This document shows, piece after piece, positions 41,298 to 51,033 of a DNA stretch of 64,000 nucleotides. The stretch comes from Candidatus Bathyarchaeia archaeon (GTDB lineage: Archaea > Thermoproteota > Bathyarchaeia > Bathyarchaeales > Bathycorpusculaceae), in assembly GCA_038883655.1 (NCBI GenBank), contig JAVZLQ010000002.1:185625-249624 (forward strand). Direction: 5' to 3'. Position numbers and translations under genes: made by a program. Numbering within the stretch: position 1 is the first letter of the stretch; every line of letters begins with the position of its first letter. The notes under the pieces were generated by a model. It was not told the DNA's origin, did not search any database, and saw only the letters and a program-made list of their open reading frames with translations.

Positions 41298-41319
41298 ATA
41301 TGTCTATTTTTAGACATAT
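41298..41319. promoter_or_regulatory. perfect inverted repeat, candidate PadR operator
   Basis: ATATGTCTA-TTTT-TAGACATAT between divergent padR genes. Confidence 0.6.
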
Positions 41320-41441
41320 CTCAAGACTTTATAGAGCCTAAACAAAAATATAAACGTTCATGCTTCAACCAAACATAAAAAAGCATAACGCGTGCATACC
41401 GCAATATTCTAAACCCTACATAAATCTAAATAAGCCGAAAC

Positions 41442-41807
41442 ATGAACAAGTCCAAAACAGAACAACAAATGGAAAGTGGAAAATTGACAGAAACCATCAA
41501 AAAAGAAATTGTTCAACGTATAACCAGAAACCTACTAGACATACAAATACTAAGACTATTAAGCGCAGAGCCAATGTGGGGATATAAGATAAAAAAGGAA
41601 GTGGAAGCAAAATTTGGAGTAAGATTAAGGCATGGGGCGCTCTACCCACTTCTAAACAACATGGAAAAGAAAAATCTAATAAAAAGCAGAGAGCAACAAC
41701 AAGGAGGAAGGACAAGAAAGGTATATGTAATGACAGAAAGGGGAAGAACGCTTATAGAAGCATACGACACGGTCCTAAAAGAACAAATACAGAAAAAGGA
41801 CATATAA
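41442..41807 (+). CDS. PadR-family regulator
   Basis: PMWGYKI, HGALYPLL, RTRKVYVMTERG. Confidence 0.92.
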   Translation: MNKSKTEQQMESGKLTETIKKEIVQRITRNLLDIQILRLLSAEPMWGYKIKKEVEAKFGVRLRHGALYPLLNNMEKKNLIKSREQQQGGRTRKVYVMTERGRTLIEAYDTVLKEQIQKKDI

Positions 41808-41811
41808 TTAA

Positions 41812-42843
41812 ATGAGAGAAATGACGAAGAAAAATGTAATCAGAGAAAAAGGGGGAAAACTTGCCGAACAAGCCCTAATTCTTTTTAGAGAAAGAGGAAG
41901 AGAAGCCTTTGAAATGGCAAAAGAAGCAATACTAAAAGAAAAAATAAGACATAAACCCGTTTGCGACGCCCTAAGCTACTTTATCCAAGAAAACTGGCGC
42001 GCCTTTCAACATCCAGCACTGATCTCTTTAGCATGCGAAGCCGTTAAGGGAAAACCCAAAGAAACAACAGCTGTAGGTGCTGCCATGATTCTTCTAGCTG
42101 GAGCTGCAGATTTGCATGACGACATAATAGACCAGTCAACAACAAAGGGTTCAAGAGAAACTGTTTTCGGAAAGTTTGGCAAGGACCTCGCACTTCTAGT
42201 CGGAGACGCCTTAATATTCAAGGGGCTGATGATGCTGCATGAAGCTTGCGAAAAATTTCCCGTAGAAAAGAGACAGGCAATATTAAACATAACAAGGGAA
42301 GCGTTCTTCGAATTGGGAAGCGCCGAAGCAAATGAAGCGAAATTTAAGGGAAACTTGAACATTACGCCCGAAGAATATTGGAACATTGTCCAAATGAAAG
42401 CTTCAATACCCAGCGCATACGCAAAGATAGGCGCAATTATTGGAAACGGAAGTCAAAGACAAATAGAAGTGCTCGGCAATTATGGAAAAACTTTAGGAGT
42501 ACTAACAACGCTAAGGGATGATTTCATAGATATTTTCGAACCAGAAGAATTGCAAAACAGATTTAAGAACGAGTGCCTGCCGCTACCAGTACTCTACGTC
42601 ATTCAAGACAAGAAGGCAAAAAGAGAAATTATTACAAAACTGGAGCGAGGAAAAATTACAGAAGAAGAAACCTACACAATAGTGGAGCTGGTATGGAACA
42701 GGAAACCAGTCCAGGAACTAATAAAACAAATGTATAAAATGGCAAGAAATGCAAAGCAATCGCTTAAATTTGTTAAGAACTTAATGGTATACAAAGAACT
42801 AATGCTAATAATCGACGCCGCTATAGAGGATATACAGCAGTAA
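41812..42843 (+). CDS. polyprenyl-diphosphate synthase-like protein (class I isoprenoid fold, atypical motifs)
   Basis: LHDDIID, ALLVGD, MKAS, LRDDFID, LPLPV. Confidence 0.85.
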   Translation: MREMTKKNVIREKGGKLAEQALILFRERGREAFEMAKEAILKEKIRHKPVCDALSYFIQENWRAFQHPALISLACEAVKGKPKETTAVGAAMILLAGAADLHDDIIDQSTTKGSRETVFGKFGKDLALLVGDALIFKGLMMLHEACEKFPVEKRQAILNITREAFFELGSAEANEAKFKGNLNITPEEYWNIVQMKASIPSAYAKIGAIIGNGSQRQIEVLGNYGKTLGVLTTLRDDFIDIFEPEELQNRFKNECLPLPVLYVIQDKKAKREIITKLERGKITEEETYTIVELVWNRKPVQELIKQMYKMARNAKQSLKFVKNLMVYKELMLIIDAAIEDIQQ

Positions 42844-42979
42844 GGCTAGATAGGCCATTCGAACCAGAATGTTACTCGTACAGGCTTTACTTTTTTCTTT
42901 TTCAAGTCCTTTCCCCTCGACAACTGTATTTATGTTCAACATTTAAGCTTAAAAAGCTTGCGATAACTGAACGCTGAAT

Positions 42980-44269
42980 ATGTTTTCTAAATACTTAAGG
43001 CTTATACTCTTCAAGCAGTTCAAAATATTTGAGTACTTAACAATGATCGACAGCGATTATTTAAAGAGAAAGCTGCTACTTTCAAGAGATAAAATAACGA
43101 GTTCAATCGTTATTGCAAACTCTGTTTTATGGTACGCATACGCTTTCAATCTTCTACGAAGAATTATAGTAACTTTAGGTTTAAACTATCACGAAATCCT
43201 CATATTCTTAATCACTAATTTTCTTGCGGCCGCTATTTTTGCTTTGTCGGGTGCAACGTTAATTAATGCAGTGTGCAGAAGAATCCCGTTTTTACTTGTA
43301 TGGTTAATTTTTGGAACGGTATCTTCGTTTATTCCAATACTAATAGACACCATGGTTAAAAATAATCTTCTTATCGTTTTTTTCCTTTTTGGGGCATCGT
43401 TTGGTTTTGGAATGCCCATTTCAATGGGATATTTTGCCGATTCCACAAATGTGGAAAATCGTTGCTTAACAGGAGGAGTAATATTTCTTGCCATCGGTTT
43501 TGGAGCTTTTTTGTTAGGAACAATAAATATGGCTGAAATAAGCATTCAGTTTATGATATTGACACTTTTAAGAATTAGTGGCTTGATTGCATTTATTATC
43601 CTTAGACCACGAGAAAATTTCCCCAGAAATAAGAGTCATTCTTATATCTTTATTCTTGGTCAGCGTTCGTTCTTGCTATATCTTATTCCATGGGTTATGT
43701 TTTGTCTTGTAAACCAAACGAGTGCACGAGTATTGTATCAGTTTTTTGGGGAAAGCTTCTTTACATTTTTAATGGCAACTGAACTTGCCTTGTCTGGACT
43801 TTTTGCGGTTGTTAGTGGCTTTTTCTGTGATAGGCTAGGGCGAAAGATTGTGGCTATGGTGGGGTTTGTTATGTTGGGTCTTGGCTACGCAATGTTGAGC
43901 GTTTTTCCTGATAATGCGATAAGTTGGTACTTTTACACGGTTGCTGATGGTGTTGCGTGGGGCATTTTCTACTCGGTTTTCTTTGCGGCAGTATGGGGAG
44001 ACCTTGCGCATGGAAGTCCCAGCGAAAAGTATTATGCAATTGGCGGACTGCCATATCTTCTTTCAAACTTCCTGCGGTTGGTAGCGGGAAGGTATATTGC
44101 TGAAACAGTTGCTATACACACTGTTTTTTCTTTGGCGAGTTTCTTCCTCTTTTTAGCTGTTTTGCCTTTAATGTTCGCCCCTGAAACTTTGCCTGAAAAG
44201 CACATTAAGGAAAGGGAACTTAAAATTTACATTGAAAAGGCCAAGAGAATCAGGGAAAAATACGCTTAA
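42980..44269 (+). CDS. MFS transporter-like membrane protein
   Basis: About 12 TM; CDRLGRK; APETLPEK. Confidence 0.82.
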   Translation: MFSKYLRLILFKQFKIFEYLTMIDSDYLKRKLLLSRDKITSSIVIANSVLWYAYAFNLLRRIIVTLGLNYHEILIFLITNFLAAAIFALSGATLINAVCRRIPFLLVWLIFGTVSSFIPILIDTMVKNNLLIVFFLFGASFGFGMPISMGYFADSTNVENRCLTGGVIFLAIGFGAFLLGTINMAEISIQFMILTLLRISGLIAFIILRPRENFPRNKSHSYIFILGQRSFLLYLIPWVMFCLVNQTSARVLYQFFGESFFTFLMATELALSGLFAVVSGFFCDRLGRKIVAMVGFVMLGLGYAMLSVFPDNAISWYFYTVADGVAWGIFYSVFFAAVWGDLAHGSPSEKYYAIGGLPYLLSNFLRLVAGRYIAETVAIHTVFSLASFFLFLAVLPLMFAPETLPEKHIKERELKIYIEKAKRIREKYA

Positions 44270-44305
44270 GAACCAGTTAGTATTAGCTCTTTTTGAGGAG
44301 GACAA

Positions 44306-45427
44306 ATGTTCTTTCACGTGATACTAACAAACGAGTGCACTCTTCAATGTAGGTATTGCTTTGGCGAGGCTTTTGAGGATTTTGAGGAAAGTTTTTCAGG
44401 TTTTAATGTTGACTACTCTTTGCCTAAAAGAATAGCGTATAACATTGGGATTTTGGACGATTTTTGTAAGAAGGACTTGGATTGTGTTTTAATTTTTTAT
44501 GGTGGCGAGCCTCTTTTGTGCGTTGATGATATCAAGCGAATAATGGACAGCGTGCATGCTAAGCATTTTCTAATTCAGACTAATGGTTTGCTCTTGGACC
44601 GTTTGGAGCCAGAGTACGTTAATCGTTTGCACACGATTCTCGTTTCTGTCGATGGTGACGAAGCGTTAACAGATTTTTATAGAGGAGCTGGCACTTTTAG
44701 GCGCATAATCGAAAATCTGCGGTTTGTTAGGCGGAATGGTTTTGGCGGCGAAATCATTGCGCGCATGACCGTCATGGAGCAAACCGACATTTATAAGCAG
44801 GTTAAGTGGCTTGTTGAGAACAGCGAGTTTCCATTTTCTTCTATACATTGGCAGTTAAACGCTGGATTCTGGAGCGACTTTGAAAGAAGAGATTTTAAGC
44901 GTTGGGTTGAGCAAAGCTATAATCCTGGAATACGTAGGCTTGTCCGCTTCTGGGTTGATTATATGGAGCGGTTTGGCGTTGTTTTAAGGCTTTACCCCCT
45001 TCTTGGAATTGCACAATCCATGCTAAATGGTGAGACGCAAAGTCTATTACGTTGCGGTGGCGGATGGATAAACTACGCAATTCAAACAGACGGACATATC
45101 ATTCCTTGTCCCACAATGTGGGGAATGAAAGACTATTATTTGGGGCACATAAGCAACATAGACCCTCTAAGTTTGCGTAAGCTTTTCGTCGGCGAACCAT
45201 GCACAAAATGCGAAATCTACGGTTTATGCGGCGGAAGATGCCTCTATGCAAACATAACGAAACGTTGGAAAGAAGACTCCTACAAAGAGGTTTGCAAGAC
45301 TGTTCGAAACTTGATGGACGCAGTTTCAATGGAAATCCCAAGAATAAATAGTCTAATAAGGAATGGGCGGGTAAAACTTGAAGATTTCGATTTCATGAAA
45401 TACAACGGATGTGAAATAATCCCATAA
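44306..45427 (+). CDS. radical SAM/SPASM protein (archaeal TIGR04084-like); integration target
   Basis: TNECTLQCRYC, YGGEPL, QTNG, SPASM CGGG..PCP..CTKC..CGGRC; ends GCEIIP. Confidence 0.9.
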   Translation: MFFHVILTNECTLQCRYCFGEAFEDFEESFSGFNVDYSLPKRIAYNIGILDDFCKKDLDCVLIFYGGEPLLCVDDIKRIMDSVHAKHFLIQTNGLLLDRLEPEYVNRLHTILVSVDGDEALTDFYRGAGTFRRIIENLRFVRRNGFGGEIIARMTVMEQTDIYKQVKWLVENSEFPFSSIHWQLNAGFWSDFERRDFKRWVEQSYNPGIRRLVRFWVDYMERFGVVLRLYPLLGIAQSMLNGETQSLLRCGGGWINYAIQTDGHIIPCPTMWGMKDYYLGHISNIDPLSLRKLFVGEPCTKCEIYGLCGGRCLYANITKRWKEDSYKEVCKTVRNLMDAVSMEIPRINSLIRNGRVKLEDFDFMKYNGCEIIP

Positions 45428-45435
45428 ATTTTTAT
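45407..45435 (+). repeat. attL direct repeat
   Basis: GGATGTGAAATAATCCCATAAATTTTTAT, 26/29 identical to 53348-53376. Confidence 0.9.
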
Positions 45436-45450
45436 TGCATCCATTATACG

Positions 45451-46587
45451 TTACTTCCTTTTTCTGAAATATGCAAGTCCATCCTTTTCCATGACAAACT
45501 CGAATCCTTCCTCAAGCAATGCGATTATGTCTTCTTTTGTTTCTGCTACTTTAACGTGATACTCATCTGGCTCCATAGTTCTGAACATTGCCTTTTCAAT
45601 GTGGATGTAAACTTGTGTGCTTTGAAGGTTTTTGTGTCCAAGATATTCTTTAACGTGATAGATGTCTTTGGTTTGATGGTAAAGCATTGTGCCTTTCCAA
45701 TGGCGAAACGTGTGGAAAGTTATTTGCATAAGCCTTGGATTTCCAAGTTTTCTTGCAGCCCGTTTCCTTTGAACGTAAAAGCATGCCCTCATATGGTTAG
45801 CATCTGCAAATATGCGATCTTCAGTTTTGGGAAGGTTCTTAAGCATTTCAACCGCTTTAACTGATATTGGAAGCATCCTTGAATAGCTTCCTTTTTCACC
45901 TTTAACTCTGACTGTTCTCTGTTCAAAATCCACGTCTGTCCATTTCAAATTTGATATTTCCCCACATCTTGCCCCTGTGTCCTTAAGCAATTGAAGATAA
46001 CAAGCCATCTTTTTGCCTACACTTGCAATTAAACAGTCAAGCTCCTGCTCTGTTGGAATAAAGGGTATTTCAGGCTCTCCGCAATATGAAGGTTTAACCC
46101 ATGCCACGCCAAGATATTCAAACCACTTGTCTAGAATTGTAGCTATGTTTCTCTTTGTGTTTGCTGCAAATTCTTTTTTGGAAAGCCAAGCCTTACACTC
46201 TTCAGGGTCATTGAGGTTCACATTTTCTCTGAACATTCTCATCAAAGTTTTACGGTAGTTAGCTATTGTTCCCTGTGTTCTTCCGTTTCTTTCAAGCTGC
46301 CATAAAAGTTCAACGATTTTGCCTTTAACGTCTTGCTGTGCTGATTCTGTGGCTCCCGCTTCCCGCTTTTCGCCTATTGCCTTTTCAACTTCCATCAAGA
46401 TTGCCTCTTGATGTGCATCGCTTAACCTATGTGTCAGACAATTCTTAAAAGACTTTTCACTAAACCGATAACCACAGTTTCTACATAGCCACCTTTGAAC
46501 TGTGCTGCCATCACTTAAATAACGTAAACCGTCTTTATAGAGAAGCTGAGAACCACATTCAGGACAGCACAGCTCAGCCATCAGCAT
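45451..46587 (-). CDS. tyrosine integrase with N-terminal Zn ribbon
   Basis: CPECGS..YKDG..QRWLCRNCG; catalytic TGARCGE, HTFRH, LGH, TQVY. Confidence 0.95.
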   Translation of the reverse strand: MLMAELCCPECGSQLLYKDGLRYLSDGSTVQRWLCRNCGYRFSEKSFKNCLTHRLSDAHQEAILMEVEKAIGEKREAGATESAQQDVKGKIVELLWQLERNGRTQGTIANYRKTLMRMFRENVNLNDPEECKAWLSKKEFAANTKRNIATILDKWFEYLGVAWVKPSYCGEPEIPFIPTEQELDCLIASVGKKMACYLQLLKDTGARCGEISNLKWTDVDFEQRTVRVKGEKGSYSRMLPISVKAVEMLKNLPKTEDRIFADANHMRACFYVQRKRAARKLGNPRLMQITFHTFRHWKGTMLYHQTKDIYHVKEYLGHKNLQSTQVYIHIEKAMFRTMEPDEYHVKVAETKEDIIALLEEGFEFVMEKDGLAYFRKRK

Positions 46588-46766
46588 TTTTCCCTTCTAA
46601 GCCTTTTCATGTTGCATTTTCTGCATAACCTTGCGGGTTTGTTGCCTCTCCTCGGTAAAGGTTTACCGCAGAATGAGCCATCAGTGAACCCACTCCCATA
46701 ATCCATAACTGTTAAGGAAAACTTTGCCTTCGTTTCGCCAAACTTCAAAAACCTTCTCTGCTTCAT
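46581..46766 (-). CDS. possible small Cys-containing basic protein (start uncertain)
   Basis: FCGKPL...LCRKCNMKRLRREKC bridging the ATPase and integrase genes. Confidence 0.3.
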   Translation of the reverse strand: MKQRRFLKFGETKAKFSLTVMDYGSGFTDGSFCGKPLPRRGNKPARLCRKCNMKRLRREKC

Positions 46767-48237
46767 CTGGGCTGCATTGGCGTATTTCTTTTATGAGTTT
46801 AACTGCTTGGTGCGTGTAGAACGGCTGCTTAAGCTGGTTTCGTAAAGTTTCATAAACTTGTGGAATGGAGATATTTTGTTTTTCACTTGGGGGTAAAAAT
46901 TCTCCCACTTCAACCTGAGAAGATTTTTTTACCCCACCCTCGAAAACAAAATATCTCGGCACACGCCTATCCTGTTCATCCGGCTTCTCTATGAGCAGCC
47001 CCACGGAAGTTAAAGTTTTCAAAATTTTACGGGCAGAATCATAGCCTAACGGTTTATGAAATTCTTTGTAATAGGCGCTTTGAAACTCTAACAGGGTTAA
47101 GCCGTCATTATTAAAGTATGGTTTAAGTTTAACATAAACATTGAACAGTTCAGGCGACAAGCCCATCTCGTTAGCTTCACTTATTCCATAATAAAGTTTG
47201 AAGCCCGCTGCAATGTCTTCCTCGTTCACTATTATTGTGTCGCCTAAACGTTGCCTATGCATGAAATTCAGTAAAGCATGGGCTTTGATAATGGCTAAAA
47301 GTCTGCTGATGTCCCTCTGATGCCTCGGAATCAAAAAGTTATGATCTTCTATAAACTGCATGTAAATTTGGCTACGCATTTCCTCTGGAATTTGAACATA
47401 CTTTATCCGTGCAGCTTTAACCATTTCTACACGGGCTTTAAGAAAACGCCTCTGTGGGTCTTCGTTCATTTTTTTGTTGAAAGCTTCCCTATCAGATTCC
47501 CTTTCAATTCTCAAAGCTATGGTTTCTTTTAGCTTCTCTTGGCTGATTTCTGGAGAGAGTAATAACAGTCGTGTCTTCTCCTGGTCTGCAATGCTAAACT
47601 TGGCTGAACAGAACAATACTGTAGGATAACCGCGAATGACAATTGTTTTAGTTCTTAAACCAGCCTTTTCCCTTTTATCGGTTATTTTTAACACAATTTC
47701 CCTATCATCATGGCTTAAAAGTGAACGCAACCGCTGTAAAAGCAAATCATGGGGCATATCCAAAAAAATGAGAATTTTCTGATGCAGGTCCACCATGTAG
47801 TAAGAGCCTTTAAGCAGTTCCTTCCATCTACGAATTTCACGTTTGTAAACTGATTCCACATCATCCTTTGAAACTTCACCTTTTTCAATCTCCAAATCTT
47901 CTTTAATGGCTGCTTTGTTAGGTTTCATTTCAAAGTTTACGGGTATGCCTTCCTTGTGCATTAAAACGCCGTAATCATGAAAGAAAGCTGTGGGCGAAGC
48001 ATAACCCAGTCTGATAATGTCTGCCGGCGGAAAATACCAGCTTAACTCTAAGGGAATGTAGCTTTTCCCTGTGCTGCTTTCAGCCAAAAAGCCAATGTTA
48101 ATTTGGTCTTCTTCAGTATATGTGAGCAACATTGCTAAGAATGTTATGGCTTTGTTTTCGTCATCATGCTTAACTGTGCTTCCCAAAATCTGAATCAAAT
48201 CGTCAATGGTTAAAGTTTTATTTACATCTTCAGCCAA
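46681..48237 (-). CDS. P-loop ATPase, putative replicative helicase with C-terminal winged helix
   Basis: Walker A AESSTGKS, Walker B ILIFLD, R-finger-like KTRL, PRHQRD, ARKILKTLTSVGLL. Confidence 0.75.
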   Translation of the reverse strand: MAEDVNKTLTIDDLIQILGSTVKHDDENKAITFLAMLLTYTEEDQINIGFLAESSTGKSYIPLELSWYFPPADIIRLGYASPTAFFHDYGVLMHKEGIPVNFEMKPNKAAIKEDLEIEKGEVSKDDVESVYKREIRRWKELLKGSYYMVDLHQKILIFLDMPHDLLLQRLRSLLSHDDREIVLKITDKREKAGLRTKTIVIRGYPTVLFCSAKFSIADQEKTRLLLLSPEISQEKLKETIALRIERESDREAFNKKMNEDPQRRFLKARVEMVKAARIKYVQIPEEMRSQIYMQFIEDHNFLIPRHQRDISRLLAIIKAHALLNFMHRQRLGDTIIVNEEDIAAGFKLYYGISEANEMGLSPELFNVYVKLKPYFNNDGLTLLEFQSAYYKEFHKPLGYDSARKILKTLTSVGLLIEKPDEQDRRVPRYFVFEGGVKKSSQVEVGEFLPPSEKQNISIPQVYETLRNQLKQPFYTHQAVKLIKEIRQCSPDEAEKVFEVWRNEGKVFLNSYGLWEWVH

Positions 48238-48260
48238 AAAATGAAGCCTCCGTTTAGTTT

Positions 48261-48347
48261 GGCTGGGGGGTAAGGAAAGCTGACGTATGTTCGGTTCATC
48301 GAGAGGAGAGAACTTACTTGCGTCAGCCCATCTTCCCCCTCTAGCCC
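48261..48347 (-). ncRNA. long GC-rich hairpin in the leader between the RHH gene and the ATPase gene
   Basis: Nested complementary arms GGCT/AGCC, GGGGG/CCCCC, GCTGACG/CGTCAGC, GTTC/GAAC. Confidence 0.5.
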
Positions 48348-48494
48348 CTAACCAGCATTTTTGCTGAGAAACTCTTCCAAAGCTGCACGAATTACTTGAC
48401 TTAATTTTCGATATTTGCCTTCCTTGATTAACTCTTTAATTCTTTCTTTGCATTCTTTTGGAAGTCTGAAAGCGATTCTTTCGTTATGTTTCAT
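48348..48494 (-). CDS. CopG-like ribbon-helix-helix repressor (48 aa, not in ORF track)
   Basis: MKHNERIAFRLPKECKERIKELIKEGKYRKLSQVIRAALEEFLSKNAG; GGAG upstream. Confidence 0.85.
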   Translation of the reverse strand: MKHNERIAFRLPKECKERIKELIKEGKYRKLSQVIRAALEEFLSKNAG

Positions 48495-48507
48495 TTTTTA
48501 CATCTCC

Positions 48508-48536
48508 TTGTAGAACAAGTTTATATTGTAGAACAA
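48508..48536. promoter_or_regulatory. two identical operators flanking a TATA-like box
   Basis: TTGTAGAACAA (48508-48518) and TTGTAGAACAA (48526-48536) around GTTTATA. Confidence 0.7.
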
Positions 48537-48593
48537 TCTATACTTTTACACCCAAGTTCAATGTCCCTAACCTCATGGAAAAGTGATGGAAAA

Positions 48594-49043
48594 ATGTCCG
48601 TGTATAAGGGTTTGGATGTCCCTCAGCTCGTAAAAAAATACAGAGAAAAATATCCCGAACTCGATAGAGATTTACTGAGAAAACTCATCCGATTAGAAGC
48701 CAAAATTACAAACCCAAGCCAACTTAAAAAGCTCGACAGATATCTGGCTAAGGAATTTAAAGGCAAACAGTCAGATAAGCCCTTCAATTTTAGCAGAATT
48801 CAACAAATCTATGAAAAAATCATAGACTTACGCCTCACGCCCCAACTTCGCCTCCGCCAAGACGACGGAACCTTTTATTATTCCCACAATTTCCACGAAA
48901 TACTCAGCGGTCTAGCTATTCTCAGGGAAATGAGTCCATCCTTAAGAAGCATCATTCCAGAAAACTTAGGGCGCCTACCAAGTGAAGAAATAGACAAAGT
49001 GATTGGAAAAATTGGATGCTTTATTTATTCTTTAAAAGAGTGA
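48594..49043 (+). CDS. hypothetical protein (element cargo)
   Basis: The only + strand ORF in the element; start 48594 or 48561. Confidence 0.6.
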   Translation: MSVYKGLDVPQLVKKYREKYPELDRDLLRKLIRLEAKITNPSQLKKLDRYLAKEFKGKQSDKPFNFSRIQQIYEKIIDLRLTPQLRLRQDDGTFYYSHNFHEILSGLAILREMSPSLRSIIPENLGRLPSEEIDKVIGKIGCFIYSLKE

Positions 49044-49099
49044 TACTGGAAAACTTAGCGTTAATGTTTTTCCTTTTTCAACTTCGGACAAAACGTAGC

Positions 49100-50866
49100 T
49101 CAGTCCTCGTCCCGTTTTGCTTTTGCTATGGTTGCGAACACTACTATAGCCAAAGCGAAAAGCGCTAGGGTGTACGTTAACTGCAGCCATCCAATGTACC
49201 ATAATATTATGGCGGTTATCCAAGCTGCGAACATGCCTATTTCTGCGGTGGCGTAGCTGAAAACGCCTAGCACCATCAACACGATGAAGACGGCTACTAT
49301 TTGGCTGAACGGTATTGGACTGTCAGGCCATAGGCTGTCTAGGCTTTGCCATGGGTTGGTTGTTTTGGGCGGCGCTGGCAACGTTAACGTCCAAGTGTTT
49401 GCTTCGCTGTCCACAACTTGCATGATGTAGCTTGTAGCGTTGTCCGCGTTGTTCCAGTTTAAAGTGTCCACCGCGCCTGAAAGGGTGCTGTTAAACGTGT
49501 AATCCGTCTGCCACGTTTGCCCGCTTCTGTGTTTGATTTCGTAGTATACCCATGTGGCTGTTTGGTTTGGGTTGCAGTATGTGGCGGTTATGAAGGTGGC
49601 GTTTACCCGTGAAGCATTGCATGTCGGAATCAAGGTTGTAGGCGCAGGGGGAAACATGGCGGGTGTTAAAACAATGTTGTATTCTCTGTCTGTCGGTTTA
49701 ATCGTGTATGCGCCTAGGGTTGCAGTTCCCAAGTCCGTGATTACGCGTAGAGTGTAGGTTCTGCCTATGATTAAGTAGAAGCTTATTTGGTAGGCGCTTT
49801 GAACGTTCACCCGTTCGATGACGCGTGTCTGCCCAGCTATTGCCTGTGACACTTCAAGGTAACCCCACTTTATGCCCGCCAAATCTAGAATGTTAAACGC
49901 GAAGATGTCTGCCCACTCGTTGGTTATGTCTGGAACGTAAAGCCAAAACTCTTCAAAAGTATAGTCTGCTCTGGGCGTTATGGTGCGGCTTGTGTTCAAA
50001 TAGAAGCTTGAAGCGTTCCATGTTATGCTTAAAACTTGATTTTCAAACTCCACCGTGTACGTGTCCGCTGTGCCGTCTGAACCGTTAAACGTGTACTCGT
50101 AATAGCCTTCGTGGGCTACTTCCACTGTTGCGTTTACGGCTTGGTTGGCTACTGCTCCACTTTCGCGGTACGGCCCATGCAGAATGTAGCGGTAACCCTC
50201 AGTTTCGTAGGAAACGTAAAGTTTAGGAGCGTAATCCTCACCCTGCTCTGCAGCGTAGACATTTACATATTCGTTACCTGTCGGCAGCACACCATCTATG
50301 TCTCTGCCTGAACGTAGACAAAGTTTAGTGTAGCCATCCACATTTATCCAGCTTAACCCGTCACTGTTTAACGTGATATTCCAGTAGCCAGAGCCAGTGA
50401 TTTCAGCGGTGCTTCTGCTTCCGCCATTGCCGCTGTAATAAGCATAATAGTAATCGCCACTTTGAAGCGGTATATGCGGGTAAGTAGGCATCCCACTTTG
50501 GACAGTGACGTTGAAGTCAACATCTGAATGGTCATAGTACACGTACAATGAGAGAATAGCGGATGTTACGTTTGCATTGTCTGGTATTATGCTTGTTTCA
50601 AAATAGAGATAACTTCTGTAATAATAGTACACTTCTAATGTGGGAATAAAACGTTGTCCAATGAGTAAATTTGCGGTTGCTGTCCAATATTCTGTGAAGT
50701 TGGGTGCAGTTCGTATTCGGTTATAGCCGTATCCGTCGTATGCTTGGCTTGTGAAGGTACGCGTTACACTTATGGTTACGGCTTCTGCACATTTAAATTG
50801 GAAATTTGAAAACACCATGCCTACAAGGCAAAGCAGCAGCAACAGCAGGCGGATTAAACGCTTCAT
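49100..50866 (-). CDS. large surface protein: signal peptide, DNRLRE-like beta domain, C-terminal multi-TM anchor
   Basis: LLLLLCLVG signal; RSYLYFETSIIPDNANVTSAILSLY...PKLYVSY; many sequons; about 3 C-terminal TMs. Confidence 0.8.
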   Translation of the reverse strand: MKRLIRLLLLLLCLVGMVFSNFQFKCAEAVTISVTRTFTSQAYDGYGYNRIRTAPNFTEYWTATANLLIGQRFIPTLEVYYYYRSYLYFETSIIPDNANVTSAILSLYVYYDHSDVDFNVTVQSGMPTYPHIPLQSGDYYYAYYSGNGGSRSTAEITGSGYWNITLNSDGLSWINVDGYTKLCLRSGRDIDGVLPTGNEYVNVYAAEQGEDYAPKLYVSYETEGYRYILHGPYRESGAVANQAVNATVEVAHEGYYEYTFNGSDGTADTYTVEFENQVLSITWNASSFYLNTSRTITPRADYTFEEFWLYVPDITNEWADIFAFNILDLAGIKWGYLEVSQAIAGQTRVIERVNVQSAYQISFYLIIGRTYTLRVITDLGTATLGAYTIKPTDREYNIVLTPAMFPPAPTTLIPTCNASRVNATFITATYCNPNQTATWVYYEIKHRSGQTWQTDYTFNSTLSGAVDTLNWNNADNATSYIMQVVDSEANTWTLTLPAPPKTTNPWQSLDSLWPDSPIPFSQIVAVFIVLMVLGVFSYATAEIGMFAAWITAIILWYIGWLQLTYTLALFALAIVVFATIAKAKRDED

Positions 50867-51033
50867 TATTTCTCCTCCTTCTCCATGATGATATGTTGGT
50901 TGTCAACCCACATGGCGACAACATCACCCTTTTTTATGTTGAGGTATTCGCAGATTTCTTTCGGAATTGTCACTTTCAAGCTTTTGCCAACCAACACGAC
51001 GCTTACTTTAAATTTTACAGGCAAAGTTTGCAC
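50866..51033 (-). CDS. AbrB/MazE/SpoVT-type DNA-binding protein (55 aa, not in ORF track)
   Basis: VGKSLKVTIPKEICEYLNIKKGDVV; TAATG overlap with the surface-protein gene. Confidence 0.85.
   Translation of the reverse strand: MQTLPVKFKVSVVLVGKSLKVTIPKEICEYLNIKKGDVVAMWVDNQHIIMEKEEK

Noticed and set aside
48486-48560. Annotated N-terminus of the 185-aa ORF, with its apparent VEQ repeat
   Set aside because: Overlaps the RHH start and operator repeats; the VEQ repeat reflects the DNA operators, and the real start is likely downstream
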